A program made the position numbers and the translations under genes. Below, in pieces: positions 29,654 through 64,000 of a DNA stretch of 64,000 bases (its first letter is position 1; each line of letters begins with the position of its first letter). The notes beneath the pieces were generated by a model. It had not been told where the DNA came from. It ran no database searches and saw only the letters and a list, made by a program, of their open reading frames with translations. Source of the DNA: Lingula anatina. Taxonomy: Eukaryota > Animalia > Brachiopoda. The DNA lies in assembly GCA_051362555.1 (NCBI GenBank), contig CM120641.1, forward strand, positions 19,654,001 to 19,718,000, read 5' to 3'.

Positions 29654-30494
29654 TTACAAGTCCTTCCACTCCCCAAAGGTCTTCTCACAACTGAAAGTAC
29701 TTTGACCATCACACCATTCTTTCAAAACTCGTGTGAAAAAAAAAATATAGCAAAGTAGGATCACTTCTTTATTTTGCTTATGCAAGCTAAACTAACAAAA
29801 CTTTGTATTACCAAGATTGGTAAATGCATTGCTTAAAAATTGTGAAAGATTCAAACCTAATATCTGCTATTTGAGTAGAATGGAATTCAGAAATCCCCCC
29901 CCCCCAATCAGCGTATTCAGACATGGCTGTCCCACATGAGGAGCAGACTAAGAACATATAACTTTTGAATGAAAACCGATTTCTTTATTGTGGTTGGGAC
30001 AACAGACAGTGTACATCTACGGACTGTTTGATTCCAGTTTTGACAAGCTTTGCATCCATCCATTTGGTCTAATGGTTCACATATAAATCACTACTCACTG
30101 AAGTCATGTTTACTTGAATTAAGGTTGAATTTATAACTTTTCTTTTTTTTCCTCACATATTGTAATGATATTTTATACAAGTTACAACAGTTATATTTTA
30201 CCTTGACAAGTTTTTTATTATATTTACAAAAACAATATACATCCCACGCAACTATTTGTAGCAAGGTAGCACATGAAAAAATGTGACATTAGATGTCAAC
30301 TTGCACAACTGGTATTCAAAATGAACACTGCCTTTTTCAAGTCTTGGCTGCTTACATCAAGCACAGAGACATTGCACTTTTCCCCTCAGTTGTGGTGCAC
30401 AACCTTACATTTATCAATGGTTGTTGAGTCAAAAACAGGCAAACAAACACCTGGTTCTCAGTTAAGTCCACTTCCAATGGACACTTTAAGTTCA

Positions 30495-31518
30495 TCACTT
30501 TGTTTCTTTAGATGCCATGTGTCTCATAAGCTGATTTGTCAGTTTTTCTAGTTTCTTCACATCTTGGGAATGCTCTGTCCTGTACTGGAGACACTTGAAA
30601 TAGAAGAACTTACACTATGTAGCTATATTGTGTTACAGCAGATGTTTTATATTTAAATTTACAGATCTGCAAGAAACTTTCAAACTGTTTGACAAATGAT
30701 ACAAATGATAAGTTAACATCTAAAAAGGGCTTTAAATTATTTGTTTAAAATATCAAAAACGAGTAAGCAAATTGCCAAACTAATTATTTGAATGGCAAAG
30801 ATATTAATCAAAGTCACCACCTAACTGAATTTTGAAAATGAAAATCAAAAACATATCAATTCAATATTTATTGGAAAATTAATATAAATATATCAGTGTT
30901 GCATGAAACAAAGTCAACAATAAGTGCAGTACTTATCCTTATAATTACAAATATGTTAATGAATTTGGACTTCTCCAGTCTTTCCGAATTCTATATTCTT
31001 AATTTCAAAGATGCTATAAAAGATTAAAGACAAATAACTTACCACTTGATCATCTGTAATTTTTATGTTTAATTTCCCATCACAATGTCTGTACTTCACC
31101 ACAAAACGGCACTAAAAAAGATAACAGATTCCATTACCCATTGCTCTAATTCTAAAAAAGAAAACAAAACAAAAAACTTAATATTTCCTTTGTAGGGCGA
31201 ATCTTACTGAAATATGGCTAGAAATTATCCATTAAAATGGTGTTGAATAACTCAATTTGCAACAACAACTAAGAGTACAAGTATGATAATGCAATGGTTA
31301 CATGATTGGTTTTAGAGTGATTTATCAAATACATTGTAACTGCTGTTAAACTTTATGAGACAAATCTCACTCGTGGTTCACTCGTGCATGTATTTCTCAC
31401 GGCTTTACAATTACATTTTGTGATTTTCTGCCTTATATCAACAAACCTTATTTGGATCAGAGATGTACAGTCTTTCTGCGGCTTTTGAAAATTCGTCCCA
31501 ACTGGTCAAATAAGTCAT
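30495..31518 (-). CDS. SRP9: Signal recognition particle 9 kDa protein, 79 aa (not shown in the ORF track)
   Basis: Exons 31518-31447, 31111-31043, 30593-30495: MTYLTSWDEFSKAAERLYISDPNK|CRFVVKYRHCDGKLNIKITDDQV|CLQYRTEHSQDVKKLEKLTNQLMRHMASKETK*. Confidence 0.96.
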
Positions 31519-31983
31519 TTTAGTAGTAAATATGTCTCGTCTTCTCCACGTCTAGCACCTGCTTCGAGCCTCGCTTTCAGTGATTAGCTGCGGAATATAA
31601 TTGATAAGGAATTAAGCCTTATCTTCCTGGGACAAATATTAACGAAATGATAACACCAGAAATGGTGTCAATTATTTACTTTACCCATACAGCAAAAGAA
31701 TTTTATTCATATTAGCTACATTTAGGTAGGGTCGGAATATTAGCCAATGAGTGACATTCATGATTGTTACTCCATACGAAAAATGGCGACGGCTTGAAGG
31801 TTTGAAAGGGGTTGGCCTAAAAATATACCATTTACTTATAGATGTAGATGCTCTATTAATCATCGGTTCAGTTATAAGAAGTGAACAAAGGTGCACTACC
31901 AAACCGATGAATTGAAACGATAATATCAACATTGCAAGAAGTTCATTGGCGAAATTAAAAAAAATCGGGAACTAAAATCGGAA
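31519..31983. promoter_or_regulatory. Bidirectional promoter SRP9 / Ena
   Basis: 465 bp between divergent start codons; CCAAT at 31744; YY1-like AAAATGGCG at about 31780-31788; CpG enrichment. Depends on the 31984 start exon being correct. Confidence 0.6.
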
Positions 31984-57095
<25,112 letters not shown>

Positions 57096-59790
57096 ATCTC
57101 TATACACAGTGTGATGAACAACAAGACCATTATACAGGTGCTGCCACAAGGAGGAAGGAGACATCCTTTTAACATGGCTGTATTTTATAGGAGCCCTCTC
57201 TTCTTGAAAGCTTCATATCTGTATTATGGGTTATCATTTAAAAAAGCAGAGGTCCTTAAAGCAGTATCTGCTGATATAAAAACGCCAGGACCAGAAGGTT
57301 TTGACCGTCATGAAATCTCTTTGGACTGGACTCAGTTACGTTCCCCATGCCACTGAAGCACCCAGTTGTAAAGCCCATTTGAATCTTTCATTTTACTTGT
57401 CAGAAGTTATAAGCTGCTAAAGCTTGGGAACTTGGCAAAAAGATTATTATATCATGTAGCTTTTCGCTGCTTTGCACTTACATATATTCAAGACATATGG
57501 AAGAAAGAATTTGTGAGCTTACAAGGTTTTCTGCACTTGAGGACATCTCCATATTGCACCAGTATTAATTAAGCAATTAAAGCAAATACATGGATATGCC
57601 TTTGGGTGAAGATATTAGCAGCTATTGCCAATTGGTCAATTAATGGTATACTAGCTTCTGAAATGCCAATGCATAGTATAAAAATAAGGTTTCCTTTTTA
57701 TATCCAATATATAATTCCTTACAATTCAGTTGTTGGAGAATTCCATTATAGTGTCTTGTTTTTAAGACTTAACTTTTTTATTGTGGAGGAAGTATACATC
57801 ATTCCAAAAAAGGAGACCAAAAGTAAGGCGGGAATCTTACAAAAATAAAGTATTGTTGATTGTATGTGAAGAAAGCTATTGGTCGCACATGTTTTGAAAA
57901 TCCTTATTGTGTAACAATAGGGATAGGAACCAAACGTCTTGACAGAAGATGTGCAAAGAATCCAGAATCTGGATAAGATGGGACATGAGTACAAAACTGT
58001 CACAAGTTTGACCAAGTTTTATTCAATGAATACTGGTGCATTGTCATGTTCCAGAATATTAATTGTATTGGAGCCATGAAATGGCCACCACGTGTGTATA
58101 TAAATAATGCATGTAAATTGTGAAGGATATAAAGTAATTAATACTTTTTTCTGTTCTGTATGTAAAATTTCTTCAACATTCAGTGTCCACTTGCCTACTA
58201 CAGGGCTGATCAACTTTTACTAACTATCTGCATTTTTAGGTAGTATAGCTAGCTTTCCCAGGGGCATTGCTTTTTAAAAGTCTGTTTTTAATTTGCATAT
58301 GTACCATTTCAGTTAAATCACACCAGGCATTAAACTATGCAAATGGTAGTGAAAGAAGAGTTACTTTCAGTACAGATGAAATGCTCATGTCTTCCCTTAA
58401 AATCAGAACATTTTGGACGAGATCGGTCTTTCAGTTGACATATGAAAAATTTACTATTATATATACGAGTTTGTAAATGTTGGCAATCGTTCTACCAGAA
58501 GGTAGGTTTTGAAAGATACGAAAAGTCTGGAGGCAAGAGTATGGATCTGTATATATAAAAACCTCGAGTTAATAATTGTGTTTGTTGATGTAATCATTAC
58601 ATTAATTTGAGGGTCCTTTGTAACCATGTAATATTTATGATGATGTAGTGATTGGTTTAATATAATGTTTAGAGGCAATCTGAATTTCATTCCAAGACTT
58701 TAAGACACCAATTAATATTATTGCTTGCCTGATATTTTTCATAACAACCACAAACTCACTTGTCCTTTTATACACGGATCTGTGAATTATCAGAAAATAA
58801 AGAAACAAGGAAATTATTTTTAGTTTCATTGCTAGGTATATTTCTTGATATTGTTTTGTTAAGTTCATCTATGGTATTTCTGTGGCAACAAAAGGGTAAT
58901 AGACTTGGCATTTTTAGCAAAATTAAAACTAAACAAAAAACTATATTTGAGATTACATGAGATGCACAGGTGCACAATGACTGAGTGCCTTTGCTATGGG
59001 TGTCCTAGTCAGTGAAAGTAAATGCTGTAAAGAAGGTATAGATTACTACTTACTTTATACAGACTGAGTGCAATACGTCACCAATTGATTTATGTGATTA
59101 AAATGTTCAATAGTAACTGCATGGAATGTAAGGTACCACAAGGTAATTCAAAGGCTATTTGCAACAGTGGTTTGTTGCCAAATTTAGTCTCTTGTGTCAT
59201 TTGTGGATATTGGAAGAAATTTAATTGTTACATTTAGAAAATGGAATATGCAACAGAGTTGCATCATTACTGAATAGATGATGATTTGGTAAGGTTATTG
59301 GAGTAGAAGAGTATAGCATTGATGTGCAGTAAAGGATAATTTCATGAAGAGCATGGAAAAATGAAAAGACTTCAAAATCATAGATGTTTTGGATGTGAGA
59401 GAGTATTGTCTTCAAATAAAAAAAAATCTCTGAAATGTGAATGTAGTGACTTTGTATAAATGTCATCTTAAGTCACCTGTAGAATAGAAGAATGATTTGT
59501 CTATTTAAGAATATTTGTTTTCTTTGTTCACTTGTTTTATATGTAATGATTGCTGAATAATTGTTTCAACTAGAGATACAGAAAGAAAGACTTTAAAAAA
59601 AAGTTAAGTCATAAATGCATTCAGTCAAAATTCGGATTAAGCATTTTCCAAAACATTAACCTGTTTTTGAGGAACCTTGCTATTCTGTTTATAATTTCTG
59701 TTCATAATTTTGATATGGTATCCACAATATCAATTATAAATATATATATACATATGTATGCCTTTTACCTTAATCATGTAAAAAGAAACC

Positions 59791-59796
59791 AATAAA
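59791..59796 (+). terminator. Candidate distal Ena poly(A) signal (about 2.7-kb 3' UTR)
   Basis: AATAAA followed by T-rich sequence, upstream of the LBR promoter; a proximal AATAAA also exists near 57843. Confidence 0.35.
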
Positions 59797-60704
59797 GGTA
59801 GCCAAAATTACTTACTATTTATTGCTTTACATTTGAATTGCTATGTAAATAGATGAGGTTATTTAAGGTTATTGATAGGTTATTTTAACCTCTGAAATTA
59901 TGTCAAATATAATGGTTCTTCCAACTCTAGAAAAAATTACCTCTTGTTATTGCTGTTGCACTGCTGGAACTTGATGCATGGATTTGAAAGGAACAAAAGC
60001 AACAATATTTTGGAGAACTTTTCAGTTTTTTAAAATAGGATCTTAAGATGAAGGAAGGGGGGTATTTTCATATTATCACCTGCAGACAACTGCAGGGGCT
60101 CTGTATTAACAAAAACCCTGCCGTGCCTGAAACCACAAAAGCCTCTGAAATTTTGTTGGCTACACAGGCCTCAGGATTGGGATAGGTTTGATTTCTCAGT
60201 TGTGTCAGTTTGATTGCCTGCCATCTTTAGCTGAAGTATTATTTATCCTTGCTCTTTGAACTAGCAGATGTTTGGCATCAATGTCCATGAAAAAAATCTA
60301 TCTGGGTAACAATAACCGTGCTCTGGATTATACATGTAGCCCAAGAGGGCAACAGAAGTTTTTACCACTATCATAGGTAAAGGAGATGCTTTATTTAAAA
60401 ATACAGGTGACAGGGTTTAGCCTTAGAGTTAGGTTTGACAATCTTTGAGGGTAAAGTAATATTTGAATGGGTGACTATCTTTGTAACAGAAGATAAAGAT
60501 GAATAGTACAAAAAATTAAAACTTGACTGAATTTTAGCCATCATTGTGAAACCCTAGATACATTGTTTGGCTGTTAGAAAACACTATGGTTAGCCAGAAT
60601 ACATATCCTTCGTAATTTAATAATTTGCTGAATAGATTGAATACAAGGATCATTACACACAGTTAAAGAAATGACAAACAGAGCATTGAGACTTTTGTTG
60701 ACTG

Positions 60705-60907
60705 TGGCGTCATCTAGCGGTATATTGTATTTAAATTACAAACAAAAGTAGCCAATCAGACAACTAGCTACATTTGTGTCAGCTATCAGCCAATCAGAAC
60801 GAAGCCCGCCAAAGCGTCGGTTACGCTTTAGCGTGGGTTATTCAAGTTCAAAGGGTAGATTAATTACTTGAGTTTTATAAACGTAGCAAAGTTTTACGAA
60901 ATTAAAG
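60705..60907 (+). promoter_or_regulatory. LBR promoter and candidate non-coding first exon
   Basis: CTCF-like motif (minus strand CCGCTAGATGACGCCA, 60705-60720); two AGCCAATCAGA NF-Y boxes about 38 bp apart (60750, 60788); CpG enrichment; donor AAG|GTAAGT at 60908. Confidence 0.6.
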
Positions 60908-62352
60908 GTAAGTCGACAATCATTTACATATAAAGGGGTGGTAGTTGCACATCTGAAAATGTTAATCCATTTAAGCTCCTTACATATTTAACCAAAATCT
61001 CGTCGATGCTGTCAAAATTCCTTTGCTTTGCTTGCAAAAGAAACAATGACAAGTGCCCGGTCACCGACCGGCGCATCGGTTTTATTAATTTAGTGTAGAT
61101 TTGTTGGTCATAAATCGTAATTGTTTGTAGCATTGTGCCCTTTTAAGTAATAATTTACATCGAGGTATGTCACAAGACTGTAAATGATTCTTGGCGAGAT
61201 CTATGTGGTAGATAGTTTTTTAGGTCAAGTAGGCCATATTAAAACATGAAGGCACGACCTTGAAATTAGGTCATGATATGACGCTGCCTGTGGCAAACGT
61301 TTCCCGGTGAGACATTTTAAGTAGCGTTTCCCAGCGCTGTCATGATATGGTAAACATTGCAAAACGGGATTCTATTAAACAAGAGAGTTGTGTAATTAAG
61401 GGACGATTTTGGATGAAAACTACAAGTTAAAACGAAAGTTGACGAATTGAATGGGAATGCGGAGATCAGAAGTACTATCCATTAGCTAATCAATTTATAT
61501 CACATACCCTGTTAATACACTATATTTCGTCACATTCCAAAAGAGTTCTGATTGGCACATCAGTACAGCCAGTTAATATAGCTTGCCTGATTGTAAGTCA
61601 CAGGCTTACTCTCTACGCTGTATAAGTGCTTGCAAATTACAGCAATTGTTTAAGTATTTATCTCGGAAGTCTCTCACTTCATGGCATAATACCTGTTAAT
61701 GTTAAATATCAGAGAGCTTTGTAATGACGTAAAGGATATTGTCATTGGGCCAATGAGAGTAAAATGCAAAAAAAAAAAAGACTTGTTAATTCATGTTAAA
61801 ATACAGTACTATAGTATGTCAATGTGTTAGTTTCTTGACTTTATTTTGTAATTATATTTACCCATGTGTTTTGATTATACACTGTAAATATGGCACCTGC
61901 ATGACAGCTTTATAGTTTCAAATATCTTACATTATATATATTAATTTGAGATGTGATAATGAATGGGTGTGTGTGATTTCCTGCAAATTAACCTGAATAT
62001 TTGGTCATGGTATACTAGAAATAATTAATTCGTTGACATTCAGGTGCACAATTGACAAAGTGTGGTACTGTTTTAAGTTATTACAGATAAGAAGCACTCA
62101 GAATGCCTGGAACTCCTGCAAGACCTGCAAAACAGGTATTCACACCGTGTATATTATGTAGGGCTTTGTTAACTTCTGCTTATCTTTTTCATGGAAAAGG
62201 TGTAATAACACAATTTAACTTGATTTGCATGCTTCATAAATTCTTGCTTATTTTATTTCACTTGTAGGCCTAATTTTTTGGGATACTAAATCTAGTGGTG
62301 TTAGCTACCTGCAATACAAGAACACACTTAAATTGGGGAAAAAACACAAAAC

Positions 62353-63631
62353 ATGCCCAGTCCACAAAAGAGTAGGTCACATGATGTGGGAGATGAAGTT
62401 TATGCAAAATGGCCAGGCAGTAATCTTTGGTTTCGGGCCAAGGTTCTGAACAATAAAGATGGGCGCTACACTGTAAGATATATGGAAGGAACTGAAGAAA
62501 CTATCAGCCAAAAACACATCAGTGTAAGTAATTAAAGTGTGAGTTTGCAGAGTAGCTTCCACTCCTTACTGTTTGTTTTAGTTTTAATTTGAAGTCTTGT
62601 GTTGTCCCTAAAACATTACATTGAAGAGTGGTTGATCCTTCTCAGTGTCACATATTGTCAATACATAAAGTGTCATTTATATTATTTCATTCATGGTTTA
62701 ATAAATCTGGGTGTTCAAACTTCCTTGAATTTGTATTACTAGCTACCTGTAGGCAATATGTGACACTTGTATAGGCCTTTTCTGTATGCCAAAATAAAAT
62801 GTACAGAAAATGCCAGACTTGTCTGCAATGTAAACCTGCCTTTCAATCTTTCTACTAACAGTTTGCACTATTTACTCCCACTGTCAGGTGTTTTTAAGGT
62901 AATTTTCCTTCAAATTGACACTTTGCGTGACATTGGCAATCTTTCCTTACTTTGTGTGTGTGTGTGTGCGTTCAATAGCAGGAGAACCAGAAGAAGTCTA
63001 ATTGATAGCTTTATCTCTTTAAAGAGAAATTACAAATTTGTGTGATAGTTTTAGTTGTATGGATTCTTTCAAATACTTTTTTTCACTAAGCATTTAATCA
63101 TTATAAGGCTAAAAACTGTAAGATTTATAAAGTAGGAAACTTGGGAGAAAAGTGAAGTCTACCCTACCAAAGGTTAAACAGCTATCCTCTAATTTATAAA
63201 AGAATAGATGTGAACTGAAGGTTACTGGCTGAACTACTACTACAGTTTTTGCCCCCCAGCATGTAATATCTCTGACATGGTTTCCTTTGTGTGAAATCAA
63301 TGCCTTTAGTAAAATTATCAACTAAGAACTTTGAGTAAAAAAAAGCAACCTGATATATGCAAAAACTGACCATGTTTTTTTCTCTGTCTCTCTCTAAATT
63401 TAGGCCATGTCAAACTTCACCAGAAGTTCTAGGTCACGGTCCAGATCTAGAAGTCGAGGCAGATCTCCGGGGCGCAAGTCCAAGGCAAGTCCTTCTCGCA
63501 AAGCCAAGCAAAGTCCATCCCCAGCCAGGAAACCTCGCAGTTCTTCAAAATCTCGCAGTTCTTCCAAGACTCGTGCTGCAGCCACACCTTCTACTCCTAC
63601 AAGGCAATCTGCAAGGCTTGCAGAAAAGCAG
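62353..63631 (+). CDS. LBR: Lamin B receptor, 5' part (Tudor and RS domains); continues beyond the window
   Basis: Coding exons 62353-62523 (VGDEVYAKWPGSNLWFRAKV...YTVRYMEGTE, LBR-type Tudor) and 63404-63631 (RSSRSRSRSRSRGRSPGR). The sterol reductase domain is not in the window; the position next to Ena supports the call. Confidence 0.88.
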
Positions 63632-64000
63632 GTATTAAATTCTGTGGTTGATGCTATTGATAGATTATTTATGCTAGAATTTTGTATTTTTAATTGATGT
63701 TCACAAGTAACTGAACTCATGCTAGCTGATTTGTTTGCTTTATGCCAACGTTTACAGTTATTTAGTCAAACTGATGACAAGCTGTTGAAAAAAAGGGTCA
63801 TTATCAATGTTTAAAAAAAATGGTTAAATGCTACCATGAGTCCAGAAGGTAAATAATCAGTGTATATTACTGTGTGTTTGTGTTATGAAAATGGTCTAAT
63901 GCCATGTTTTGCTGTGGAACTGTCGGAGGAGGATGCATTTTGTTTCCGTTAAATGGCAAGGTCGGTTTTTTATGCTGCGTCTGAGTGTATAGGACTTGCT

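Noticed and set aside
63357-63720. Alternative-frame and antisense ORFs over the LBR RS exon
   Set aside because: Shadows of low-complexity Arg/Ser coding sequence.

Overview
AT-rich, intron-rich eukaryotic DNA from an invertebrate bilaterian (probably a marine lophotrochozoan; this is inference). I assembled eight protein-coding genes by hand from GT-AG splice sites: the 3' part of PSME4/PA200 (+), a ZNF839-like zinc-finger gene (+), CINP (-), ribokinase (+), ARL2 (+), SRP9 (-), Enabled/VASP (+, 15.7-kb first intron) and the 5' part of lamin B receptor (+). Non-coding space holds an L2-type LINE 3' end, an internally deleted Tc1 element, four Harbinger-like foldback MITEs and two CAGTG-ended DNA transposons with 6-bp target duplications. 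The most notable observations are (1) gene order and orientation matching the human SRP9-ENAH-LBR and ZNF839-CINP clusters as I recall them, (2) a candidate alternative LBR start exon that could delete the Tudor/RS chromatin tether, (3) a U12-type intron in ARL2, (4) the 6-bp-TSD elements and (5) a Tc1 copy resembling salmonid elements even in non-coding sequence. I found no evidence for a wholly new multi-gene system. Family assignments rest on recognised motifs, not on database searches.
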